DNA of 64,000 bases from an uncultured Planctomycetaceae bacterium (GTDB lineage: Bacteria > Planctomycetota > Planctomycetia > Planctomycetales > Planctomycetaceae): assembly GCA_963813715.1 (NCBI GenBank), contig CAWFAK010000014.1, positions 32,001 through 96,000 on the forward strand, read 5' to 3'. The position numbers were made by a program, and so were the translations under genes. Within the stretch, counting starts at the first letter, position 1, and every line of letters begins with the position of its first letter. The notes beneath the pieces are model-generated. The model saw only the letters and a list, made by a program, of their open reading frames with translations. It was not told where the DNA came from and ran no database searches. Of this stretch, positions 32,954-43,297 are shown in pieces.

Positions 32954-34924
32954 ATGCGGAATCGAACACGGAATTTGTTCGCAGCCATCTGCCCTTTGAT
33001 GCTCGTGGCCGGTGCGGTCTGCGCGGCGCGGAGAACGCGGCTCAGCCGCCCAAGTTCGACCTGCGCGAGCTCAAGATGCTCGACGTGCAGGGGGAGCGGC
33101 ATGACCTGGTGGCCGACGAGTCTCGCGGCACGGTGTTGGTCTTTCTGTCGAGCGAGTGTCCCATTTCGCGGCAATACGTACCCGAACTGAACCGGCTGGC
33201 GAAAACGGCGGCCGAACGCAAGCTGGCGTTTTACGGCATCGTTTCGGACGCCGGGGTCACGCGGGCCGACGCGCGGAAGTTCGTCGTCGAATTTCACGTT
33301 GCGTTTCCCGTCCTGTTCGACGGTTCGCGCGAGCTGGGCGCGTTGTTTGGGCCCGATCACGTTCCGCAGGCGTTTCTGGTCGACAGCCGCGGGAGCCTGC
33401 AATATCGCGGGCGGATCGACGACCTGTACGCCGACGTCGACAAGCGGCGCACCGAGCCCTCGCAGCGCGATCTGTTGGCCGCGATCATCGCCGTGGCCGA
33501 AGGGAAACCGGTCGCCACGCCGCGAACCGAGGCGATCGGCTGCCCGTTCGAGTTGCCGAAAGCGGAATCGGCGTCGTCCAAAGTCACCTATGCCCGCGAC
33601 ATCGCACCGATTCTGTTTGCGCACTGTGCTGAATGTCACCGGCCGGGCGAGGTCGCTCCCTTCTCGCTCCAGACCTATCAAGAGGCGGCCAAGCGGGCGA
33701 AGGGCCTGGTTCGCGCCACCGAGCGACGGTTGATGCCTCCCTGGCGGGCCGACGTGCACTACGGCGATTTTCTCGGTGAGCGTCGGCTGACGGAGCGGCA
33801 GATCGCATTGGTCAAAGCGTGGGCCGATGCGGGCGCGCCCGAAGGCAACGCTGCCGACCTGCCGCCGCAGCCCAAGTTTCCCGAAGGATGGCGGCTCGGT
33901 ACTCCGGATCTAGTCGTTTCAGTCCCTGTGCGTTACACCGTGCCGGCCGACGGACCCGACATCTTTCAGCACTTCGTGATGCCGCTGAACTTGCCCAAGG
34001 ACCAGACCGTGGTGGCGTTCGAGTTTCGTCCCGGTAATCCGGCGGTTGTGCATCACTCGATCGTGGCCATCGATACTCGGGGCGGCGCTCGACTCCGCGA
34101 TGCGCAAACTCCCGAACCCGGCTGGCGGACCTCCGGATCGATCGACGCCTCGATCACTGGAATTCTCGGCGTCTGGACGCCGGGGATGACGCCCCGCTTC
34201 TATCCGCAAGACGTCGGCGTGGCGCTCGACAAAGGAGCCGACATGGTGGTGCAGTTGCATCTGCATCCGACGGGCAAGGTCGAGACGGATCAGTCGAAGA
34301 TCGCACTCTACTTCGCCAAGAAGCCCGTGAAGAAAGTGATGTCGCGGGCCCCGCTCTTGTTGGGCACGCTGGTGATCGAAATCCCGCCGGGCGAGACGCG
34401 CTATCGCACGGGCTCTTCGGTGACGCTCCCCGTCGATTGCACACTGACCTCGGTCTTTCCCCACATGCACATGATCGGCAAGGAGATGAAGGTCACCGCG
34501 ACATTGCCGGATAAGAGCGTCAAGCCCCTGATCTGGATCAAGGACTGGAACTTCTACTGGCAGGATAGCTATGTCTATCGCGAACCGGTGAAGTTGCCGA
34601 AGGGAACCGTCGTCACTATCGACGCGTATTACGACAACTCGGCCGCGAATGCGTTCAATCCACATCGGCCGCCGCAACGGGTGCTGTTTGGCAACGACAC
34701 CACGGACGAAATGTGCTTCGCTCTGTTCCAGACCGTGGCCGATGCGCCCGGCGGTTCGCGGCGGATATTCGGCTCGATGATGCGCAGCTTCATGGACCAG
34801 TGGCAGACGGCCAAGCTCTCGCCGGATGCGCGGGCCAGAATCCTCGGCGAGGCGATCAAGCTGTTCGGCGGCGGCGCTGCGCGGACGCCAGCAACAGGTC
34901 CATCCGGAAAGCGTGGTCCGCTAG
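32954..34924 (+). CDS. Secreted redoxin + CxxCH + copper-monooxygenase-like (PHM/DBH-type) protein; 3' end approximate
   Basis: Signal peptide (frameshift near 33025), ECPIS...YRGRIDD...GC redoxin, CAECHRPG, VVHH, PHMHMIG, WNFYWQ and DEMC. Confidence 0.75.
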
Positions 34925-35232
34925 GGCGCTCTGCCACAGCCTTTCTGCCGTCGGCGTCCCGTCGCGCGATTCCGCGGCAGCGGTCAATGCGACCTATCGC
35001 CGCGCGGGGCAGTGAGCCTGCGCCGTGTGGCTCTGCAATCGCCACTCCACGACTCGACGCAGGCGAGCGCCGGTTGGATCCGCCCACAGCGTTCTCACAT
35101 GTGCCTTCCGCCGACAGACTCACTCCCTGCGGCTCGGGCTTCAAACTGCGGAATGAAAGTTGCGTTGTCATTGAAATGGTTTTTTTTGCGAATTGGGGTT
35201 GGAGTGCACAAACGGCCCCGGGGGATACAGCC

Positions 35233-36285
35233 ATGGGACGCTTTTTTCTGAAATTCACGGCCGGCCTGACTGGTCTGGGATTGGCCGGTTTGGTGGGTGT
35301 CGCGTCGGCTCAACCCGGAGGTAACCCGGGAAGCGCCGCAGGGCGCGGGGTTTCGACGACAACGCAGACCGCGGCTCCTTCGCCAGGGCAGGTGGGCCCT
35401 CCGGGCGGAAATATCGGTAGCGGGAGCGCGAGCAATCAAGGCTTAAGCCAAGGAACGCCCGGCGGAGCACCTGTCACGTCGGGCGTTGGGCCGGGTGGTG
35501 GGAACTTTCAACCCGGAGCGACGACCGCGGGCACGGCCGGCAGCTATGGGCGCTTTGTAACTCAGCCGTTTAACGGCGGAACGCCGAGCATGTTTGGCAA
35601 TACGCCGGGCATGTTTGGAAGCACGGGCACGACAACGAATGGCGGCATGCAACCCACTCCGCTGGGTGGCGAGCCGCGCGCCTTCGGTAATGCACCCGTG
35701 GGCACGCCGCTGGGCGACTTTCAGGCCGGCGGCGTCAACGCTCCGTATGGCACTCCCGGAGCGAATGGCGTCTACGCGGGAAATACCTCCGGCGTGGCCA
35801 CGTATCCGGGGACTCTGGGCGGAGCCTACGGCAATTTCGGCAGCGGCTATGTCAACAATGACACGGGCTACCGCGGCTACAGTCCCTACTACGGAAACAA
35901 TAACGGCAACGGCCTGACGGCCCAGGGATCGGCGTTCCAACAATCCAACAACACCACGAACGGGTACGGCGGGCTTGCCTACAACACGCCTTACAACGGA
36001 GCCCTTTACGGTACGGTCCCCTATGGAATGAACACGTACGCAGCCGGTGGGCCAGGAGTCGAGTACCTGGGATATCCGAATGCGGCAACGCCGGGGTCGT
36101 ATCCGCCATGGAATCCAGCCGGCGCGTCAACGGCGTACGCGCCGCAGGCCTACAACTACGGAATAGGGGCGGCGCCGAGTTGGCCGGGGGTCGGCAACCT
36201 GGGTTACCCGAACCCGGCTTCGTCCGGTTCCTATCCACAGGCGGCTCCGGCGTTCACGCCATCGGCCTACTACGGCTGGTTCTAA
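35233..36285 (+). CDS. Secreted Gly/Pro/Tyr/Asn-rich low-complexity protein
   Basis: GGGGA RBS and signal peptide MGRFFLKFTAGLTGLGLAGLVGVASA. Fused to the upstream gene in the ORF track. Confidence 0.7.
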   Translation: MGRFFLKFTAGLTGLGLAGLVGVASAQPGGNPGSAAGRGVSTTTQTAAPSPGQVGPPGGNIGSGSASNQGLSQGTPGGAPVTSGVGPGGGNFQPGATTAGTAGSYGRFVTQPFNGGTPSMFGNTPGMFGSTGTTTNGGMQPTPLGGEPRAFGNAPVGTPLGDFQAGGVNAPYGTPGANGVYAGNTSGVATYPGTLGGAYGNFGSGYVNNDTGYRGYSPYYGNNNGNGLTAQGSAFQQSNNTTNGYGGLAYNTPYNGALYGTVPYGMNTYAAGGPGVEYLGYPNAATPGSYPPWNPAGASTAYAPQAYNYGIGAAPSWPGVGNLGYPNPASSGSYPQAAPAFTPSAYYGWF

Positions 36286-36312
36286 CGGCCACATGAGCAA
36301 TTGATTAGGAAC

Positions 36313-36348
36313 GGTCAGCCTCTGTTCAGCAAGCTGACCCTTTTCTTT
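36313..36348 (+). terminator. Rho-independent terminator
   Basis: GGTCAGC...GCTGACC followed by CTTTTCTTT. Confidence 0.55.
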
Positions 36349-36543
36349 CGAGACTTGATAAGCCAGGAGTGGCTGCCGCTATACTGAGCTTTCTTCAAGG
36401 CCGGGCACGTCCGACCACGCGAGTTTCGGCACTTTCCGCCCGGCTAATTTCCCGCCGATCGTCGTAATCCTCGCAACAACTTAACGCCGCCGTTGAACTC
36501 TCGAGTCACCTGTTCGCCGGGAGAACGGTCAAGGAATTGACGA

Positions 36544-37404
36544 ATGGCCAAAGGGCAATCGCGAACTGCCGCCATCTTGAAGAAGTATGAGGACGAGCTC
36601 CTCTCCGATTGGATGAGGCACTTGGCCGCGAGCTCGGGCAAGGACTCCCGGCTCAGCGAAGAGAAGGTGCGCGGTCAAGCCAGGGAGTTTTTGTCGCTGC
36701 TGCTGCAAGCGACGCAAAGCGGCGACATCAACGACACTTCCGGCGCCCACTGGAAGGAAGTCGGCGCGTTCTTGGATGAATTGTCGCGGGAGCGGGTGCA
36801 GCAGGGCTTTAGCTCCGATCAGACGGCGATGTTCGTCTTCTCGCTCAAGCGGCCCCTCTTCGACCGGCTGCGGAGCGAGTTCGGCAAGGATCCGGAAGCG
36901 CTCGCCGAGGAGACGTGGACCACGACCGAGCTCCTCGACAGGATGGGCTTGCTGACGGTGAAGGCCTTCCAGAAGTCGAGGGAGGAGGTCATCAACCGGC
37001 AGCAGGAGGAACTGCTCGAGCTCTCGACGCCCGTCGTGAAGCTGTGGGATGGGGTCCTGGCAGTGCCGATGATCGGCACGCTCGACAGCGCGCGGACGCA
37101 GCTGGTGATGGAATCGCTCTTGCAGCGGATTGTCGAGCTGGGAGCCGAGATCGCCATTATCGACATCACCGGCGTGCCGACCGTCGACACGCTGGTCGCG
37201 CAGCACCTGCTCAAAACGGTCACGGCCATCCGCTTGATGGGGGCCGACTGCATCATTAGCGGCGTGCGGCCGCAGATCGCCCAGACGATCGTTCACCTGG
37301 GGGTCGATCTGCAAGGTGTCACGACTAAGGCCAACCTGGCCGACGCGCTGTCGCTGGCCCTCAAGCAATCCGGCTATTTAGTCAGCAAGAACGGCAAGGC
37401 ATAA
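36544..37404 (+). CDS. rsbR: RsbR-like stressosome protein (N-terminal sensor + STAS)
   Basis: LELSTPVVKLWDGVLAVPMIGTLDSART and IIDITGVPTVDTLVAQHL. Confidence 0.92.
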   Translation: MAKGQSRTAAILKKYEDELLSDWMRHLAASSGKDSRLSEEKVRGQAREFLSLLLQATQSGDINDTSGAHWKEVGAFLDELSRERVQQGFSSDQTAMFVFSLKRPLFDRLRSEFGKDPEALAEETWTTTELLDRMGLLTVKAFQKSREEVINRQQEELLELSTPVVKLWDGVLAVPMIGTLDSARTQLVMESLLQRIVELGAEIAIIDITGVPTVDTLVAQHLLKTVTAIRLMGADCIISGVRPQIAQTIVHLGVDLQGVTTKANLADALSLALKQSGYLVSKNGKA

Positions 37405-37426
37405 CGGGGGGGCGGGGCCGAACGTT

Positions 37427-37801
37427 ATGGAGCGCATACCAATTCTGCGGATGGGCGAGTTTCTGCTCGTCACCATCCAGGTCGACATGCACGACCAGCT
37501 CGCGCTGACGCTGCAGGAAGACCTGACGACGCAGATCGAAAAGACGGGTGCCCACGGCGTGCTGATCGACATTTCGGCCCTTGAGATGGTCGACTCGTTC
37601 ATCGGCCGCATGATCGCGAATATCTCCGGGATGTCGCGGATTCTGGATGCGCACACCGTCGTAGTCGGCATGCAGCCGGCGGTGGCGATTACGTTGGTCG
37701 AGCTGGGCCTGTCCTTGCCCGGCGTGAAGACGGCCCTGAACGTGGAGCGCGGCATGCGCTACCTGCGGGGGCTCGCCGAGAATGGGGAGGTCGGTCATTG
37801 A
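37427..37801 (+). CDS. rsbS: RsbS-like STAS antagonist
   Basis: IDISALEMVDSFIGR and GMQPAVAITLVELG. Confidence 0.92.
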   Translation: MERIPILRMGEFLLVTIQVDMHDQLALTLQEDLTTQIEKTGAHGVLIDISALEMVDSFIGRMIANISGMSRILDAHTVVVGMQPAVAITLVELGLSLPGVKTALNVERGMRYLRGLAENGEVGH

Positions 37802-38202
37802 CCGCCATCAATGCTGACAGCCTCCCCGTGCTGTGCGAGCAGGACGTCGTGTTGGCCCGCCAGATGGTCCGCAAGCTGGCCCGAGACATGAGTTTCAGCC
37901 TGGTCGATCAGACCAAGATCGTCACCGCGGCGAGCGAGCTGGCGCGCAACGCGTTGATTCACGGCGGCGGTGGGTTCATGTCCTGGGAGTTCCTGGCTGA
38001 CGGTTCGAAGAAAGGCCTCCGCCTCACTTTTGCCGACAAGGGTCCGGGGATTGCAAACCTGGAACTGGCGATGACCGACGGCTGGACGAGCGGCACGGGA
38101 CTTGGAATGGGCCTCTCCGGTACCAAGCGGCTGGTCAATGATTTCGAGATCGAAAGCCAGGTCGGCAAAGGAACGCGGGTGGCGATCACCCGTTGGAAAT
38201 AA
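37798..38202 (+). CDS. rsbT: RsbT-like Ser/Thr kinase
   Basis: TAASELARN, DKGPGI and GLGMGLSG. Confidence 0.92.
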   Translation: MTAINADSLPVLCEQDVVLARQMVRKLARDMSFSLVDQTKIVTAASELARNALIHGGGGFMSWEFLADGSKKGLRLTFADKGPGIANLELAMTDGWTSGTGLGMGLSGTKRLVNDFEIESQVGKGTRVAITRWK

Positions 38203-38217
38203 AGAACTCCGCATCCG

Positions 38218-39318
38218 ATGAAGGCGGCTCAAGCAGTGATCCCGGTCGCCGACTCGAGCCACGTCGGAGAGGTTCGCCGGCGAGTCAATCAGCTGGCCTC
38301 CGACGCCGGGTTGCCCGAAGCGGAAATCGGCAAAGCCGCTATTGTGGCGACCGAGCTGGCCACGAACCTGGTACGCTACGCGGCCGACGGCGAAATGATC
38401 GTCAGCTGCGTAACTGCCGCCGGACCGCGCGGCGGCCAGAGTCCGGCGCCGACGCTGCCGACGCCTCCACCCAGCCGGGCTGGATCGAAATGATCTCCGT
38501 CGACCGCGGCCCCGGGATGGGCGACCTTGGCCGCTGCCTCGACGACGGCTTTTCTTCCGGCGGCGGCGCGGGCGAAGGCCTGGGCGCGGTGCGCCGCCTG
38601 TCGACTGAGTGGGACGTTTACTCGCGGCCGGCCACGGAAACCGGGACCAACAGCGGCGGCGGCACAATCGTCTTTTCGCGGATTGCGACGCGGCAAACAC
38701 GGCCCTCGTCCGCTGCCTTTTCCTGGGGCGTCGTCAGTCGGCCCGCCCCGCAGGAACGACTTTGCGGCGATGGATGGCGCGCTGGCCGAACGCAACGGCG
38801 AATTGACGCTGATGGTGGTCGACGGTCTGGGCCACGGGCCGGAAGCCGCGGCGGCAGCCGAGGAGGCGGCCGACGTCTTCGACTGTGACCCGTTTGCCCC
38901 GCTTCCGCTGATGATGCAAAATGCAGGTGTCCGCTTGCAGGGGACGCGGGGCGGTGCGATGGCGGCCGCCAGGATCGACGGGACCAGCCGCATTTTGAGG
39001 TTTGTGGGCGTCGGCAACATCGCCGCCCATTTGCGTTCGCGCGCCGCAACGGACGGACGCGGCCTGGTCTCCCACAACGGGATCGTCGGGGGAACCGTCC
39101 GCAAGATTCAGGAATTTGAGTACGAGTGTCCCGTCGATGGGCTGTTGATCCTGCATTCGGACGGACTGCAGAGCCGTTGGGACCTGGAACGCTACGCGGG
39201 TTTGCTGGCACGGCATCCGGCGGTGATCGCCGGCGTGCTTTATCGTGATTACACGCGCGGGCGGGATGACGTCACGGTGGCCGTCGTCCGCCTCTCCTTG
39301 GCGGGATCAAAAGCGTGA
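38218..39318 (+). CDS. ATP-binding + SpoIIE/PP2C phosphatase (RsbX-like); frameshifts near 38440 and 38775
   Basis: ATELATN, DRGPG, CGDGW, VVDGLGHG, HSDGL and RDDVTV. Confidence 0.85.
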
Positions 39319-40268
39319 CGGAGCCGATGCCGGACAATCACGCCGCTTTCGAGCGCCTCGAACAGGAGCTGCGCGCGCTGAGGCTGCGGCTCGGCGAGCG
39401 CGAGCGGGAGATCGAGCAACTCAACATCGAGCTGGCCGAGACCAACAAAGGCGTTGTCGCCCTCTATGCCGAGCTGGACGACAAGGCCGAAGCGCTGCGT
39501 GAAGCCTCCGACCTCAAGAGTCGCTTCCTCTCCTACATGAGCCACGAATTCCGCACGCCGCTGGGGGCCATCCGCAGCCTGACGCGGCTGTTGCTTGACC
39601 GAATGGACGGTCCCCTGACGGTCGAGCAGGAAAAACAGGTGCTTCTCTGCCAGAAATCGGCGGTCGAGCTGAGCGAAATGGTCGACGACCTGCTCGACCT
39701 GGCCAAAATCGAGGCGGGCCGGATCAGCATCTCGCCGGCCTGGTTTGAGATGGTGGACTTGTTCGCGGCGCTACGGGGCATGTTCAAGCCGCTACTCACC
39801 TTGACGACGGTCTCACTGGTCTTTGAAGAGCCACGCGACGTCCCGCGGATTTATACCGACGATAAGCGCTTGTCGCAGATTTTGCGAAACTACATTTCCA
39901 ACGCCCTCAAGTTCACGCAAGAGGGCGAGGTCCGGGTGCGGGTCCAGCCGGAGGGGAGCGAGGCCGTCACGTTCAGCGTCACGGACACTGGCATTGGGAT
40001 TGCAAATGAGTATCACGCCGCCATCTTCCAGGACTTCGTCCAGGTCGATTCTCCGCTGCAGCGGCGGTGGCGGGGCACGGGCCTTGGTCTTTCTTTGAGC
40101 AAGAAGATCGCGGAGCTGCTCGGAGGAAGCGTCGGCATGTCGAGCGAGCCGGGCGTCGGCTCGACATTCTTTGTCACCATTCCGATTCGTTTCGAGGAGC
40201 AACCGGCCGCGGGTGATACCAAGCCGTCGGCGCAGCCCGGCAACGAGAGAACATCGCATGTCCAATAG
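39315..40268 (+). CDS. Sensor histidine kinase
   Basis: [25 protein letters not shown] and GTGLGL. Confidence 0.92.
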   Translation: MTEPMPDNHAAFERLEQELRALRLRLGEREREIEQLNIELAETNKGVVALYAELDDKAEALREASDLKSRFLSYMSHEFRTPLGAIRSLTRLLLDRMDGPLTVEQEKQVLLCQKSAVELSEMVDDLLDLAKIEAGRISISPAWFEMVDLFAALRGMFKPLLTLTTVSLVFEEPRDVPRIYTDDKRLSQILRNYISNALKFTQEGEVRVRVQPEGSEAVTFSVTDTGIGIANEYHAAIFQDFVQVDSPLQRRWRGTGLGLSLSKKIAELLGGSVGMSSEPGVGSTFFVTIPIRFEEQPAAGDTKPSAQPGNERTSHVQ

Positions 40269-42212
40269 CTCCGCGAAGATTCTGGTGGTCGACGACAATC
40301 CAGCCACACTCTATGCCACCTCCCGGGTGCTCAAAGGTGCTGGGTTCAACGTGCTCGAGGCCGAGACGGGCGAAGCGGCCATTTCGACTGCCCAAAAGGA
40401 GATCGTTGACCTGGTCGTGCTGGACGTCAATCTGCCGGACATCGACGGCTTCGAGGTCTGTCGCCGGCTCCGCCGCCTCGATCGGCTGAGCCGCACGCCG
40501 GTCATCCACCTGTCGGCCACGTTCGTGAGAGACACAGACAAGGTGCAGGGGCTGGAAGGGGGGGCCGATGGTTATCTGACGCACCCCGTCGAGCCGCCCG
40601 TACTGATCGCGACGGTGAACGCGTTTCTGCGCGCTCAAGAAGCCGATCGCGTTCGACGCCTCCGCGAGCTCGAATTCAAGGCGATCTTCGAACGGGCCCT
40701 CAATGGCATCGCCCTCATCTCCGACGATCTGCTGTTTATCGATGTGAACCCGTCGATGTGCGAGATGCTGCAAGGGCCGCGCGAGTCGATCATTCCCAAA
40801 TCGGTGCTGGACTTCACGCTGGCCGATCGTCGCGAAGAAGCTCTGGAGATTTTTCACCGCCTCGCGCAAGAACGGACGTGGCGGGGAATCTTTCCGCTGC
40901 GGGCGGCCGACGGCCAGACGGTTTATCTCGACTGGAATCTGTCCCAGCACTCGACCCCGGGCCGCTGGCTGGCCGTAGTGAGCGACATCACCGCGCGGCT
41001 CGCGATTGAGCGCGAGCGGGAAGAGTTGCTCGCGAGCGAGCGGGCGGCCCGCACCGACGCCGAACGCGCCAATCGCCTCAAGGACGACTTTTTGGCCACG
41101 CTCTCCCACGAGCTGCGAACGCCCCTCAACGCCATCGTCGGCTGGGCGGAGCTACTGAAGTTGGGGCAATTTGAACGAGATCGACGCGCGGAGCGCAGTC
41201 GAAGCCATCGATCGCAACGCGCGGCGCAGGCCCAGATGATTTCCGACTGCTTGACGTCGCCCGGATCAGCTCGGGCAAGATTCGGCTCGACGTGCACCCG
41301 GTCGACCCGTCGACCGTCGTGGAGGCGGCGCTCGAAACTGTAATGCCGTCGATCGAGGCGAAAGAAATTCGCCTGGTCAAAGCCATCGACTCGCGGGCGA
41401 CGCCCGTCAGCGCCGACACGGGCCGATTGCAGCAGGTGATCTGGAACCTCATGAGCAACGCGGTCAAATTCACGCCGCGGGGCGGCAAGATCGAGATCGC
41501 GCTCGAGCGGAGCAACTTGAACGTCACGCTTTCTGTGACCGACGACGGCCAGGGGATTCCGGCCGAACTGCTCCCCTCGGTTTTTGACCGTTTTCGCCAG
41601 GGAGATGCGTCGACGACGCGGAATGAGGGAGGACTGGGTCTGGGCCTGGCGATTGCCAAACAAATCGTCGAATTGCACGGCGGCACGATTGAGGCGGAAA
41701 GCCCCGGCAAAGGGCAGGGGGCGACGTTTCGCGTGACGCTCCCGCTCACGTCCCACAAGGCCGGCGAACGTTCGGCGGTCGCGCGGCCGCAGCGTTCCTC
41801 GCTGATCGGTGTCGAAGACACGCGCTCCCGGTTGTCGGGCGTGCGGGTGCTGATCGTCGATGACGATGCCGATGCTCGCAGCCTCACCCGGCGAGTTCTC
41901 ACGGACTACGGAGCCGATCCCGCCGTGGCCGAAGACGTCGATGAGGCATTGGCGACCCTCGACCAGTTCGCGCCCCACGTGCTCGTGAGTGACTTGGGCA
42001 TGCCCGCGCAAGATGGCTTCCATCTGATCCGCGAAGTCCGTGCCCGCGGCTACTCGTTCCAAAAGTTGCCGGCAATTGCCCTCACCGCGTTCGCTCGCAC
42101 CGAGGACCGCCAAAAAGCCCTCCGCGCCGGCTTTCAGCTGCATCTCGTCAAACCCGTCGACGCCGGCGAACTGTCCGCGGCGATCGCGGCGCTCCTGGGC
42201 CGCACTGACTGA
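40258..42212 (+). CDS. Hybrid histidine kinase (REC-PAS-HisKA-HATPase-REC); frameshifts around 41170-41260
   Basis: ILVVDDN...[27 protein letters not shown], and a C-terminal REC domain SDLGMP...KP. Confidence 0.9.
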
Positions 42213-42406
42213 AAAGCTTGGCTGCAGCGTCGATCGCAGGCTGGGCTTCTGATTCTTCACAGGGTGTGCCTCGATTTTTGCTTTGGTGCAGTTGCGGCAC
42301 CAATGTGCTATTATTTGCGCACATCGGGGGCTCGGGCGAACGACGCCGCATCGGGCGGCCCTCGTTCCGTCGCATCCAATCCCAATCCCTATCTCTGGAG
42401 GCCGTG

Positions 42407-43115
42407 ATGCAACGCCTTTCGATGACAAGTCGGTGGATCAAGAGTTTTTCTTGCGGCTGCCTCTTCGTGATCGCCTGGGGCGTCGGTCCGCTCGCTTGGG
42501 CACGCGAAACTGTGATCACGCCCGACTTGTTGCGAATCGAGGACCCCAAGAGTTGGCGGCTGATTAACGGCGACTGCCAGGCGGCGACGGAAGGGGGCAA
42601 GAGCGTCCTGCATCTGGGGCCGAAGATCAAAGCGACGACGGGCAGCAGCGCCGCGCTCGCGTTGGTCGAGGGAGTGGAGTTCAGCGAAGGCACGCTTGAG
42701 CTCGACCTCAAGGGGCGGGGCAAGATCGAGCGGTGCTTTTTGGGTGTGGCCTTCAACGTCGCCGATGGCAAAACATTCGAGGCGGTTTACTTTCGGCCGT
42801 TCAATTTCTTCCGCGAGGGATTTCAGGACCATTCCGTGCAGTATGTCTCCTGGCCCGTGAATAGCTGGGAAAAACTCCGCAGCGAGAACCCCGGGACAAT
42901 TCGAGTCCACCGTCAAACCCGTTCCCGACCCGAGCGGCTGGTTTCACGCTCGCATCGAGGTCACCAAGCAAAAAGTGAGCGTCTGGGTCGACGACGCCCG
43001 CCAGCCATCTCTGGTGGTGAATCGTCTGGCCGGCCGTGAAAAGGGAGGGATCGGCCTGTGGGTCGACAGCCGCGGCGGCACCTTTCGCAACTTCAAGATC
43101 ATCCCCACGAAATAG
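42407..43115 (+). CDS. Secreted DUF1080/3-keto-disaccharide-hydrolase-like protein; frameshift near 42897
   Basis: Signal peptide, FSEGTLELDL, FEAVYFRPFNF, WFHARIEV and GGIGLW. Confidence 0.65.
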
Positions 43116-43219
43116 CGAACGGATGCACCGGGCAGAGCGTGAACTGCTTGTTGTAACCTCCTGTTGCGGAATGGCTTCCGCGTTCGTTTTGGGGTCCACC
43201 GAAAAATCCCCTTAAGCCG

Positions 43220-43252
43220 TGTCACAACCTTGGCGTCCGCCGGTATTGGGTT
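43220..43252 (+). promoter_or_regulatory. Putative ECF promoter, copy 1
   Basis: TGTCACA-N14-CGGTATTGGGTT, 45 bp upstream of the ATG at 43298. Confidence 0.7.
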
Positions 43253-43297
43253 CAACGACGAACGATCCCAACCGACCCAACCGCTGAGGACCCTGAC

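Noticed and set aside
35166..35200. Fourth copy of the TGTCACA promoter motif (TGTCATT...CGAATTGGGGTT)
   Set aside because: Several mismatches in both boxes and a 16-nt spacer; too weak to count.
33076..36285. 1069-aa monooxygenase/low-complexity fusion
   Set aside because: The 34925-35230 stretch looks intergenic (T-tract, atypical translation), and a new RBS and signal peptide start at 35233.
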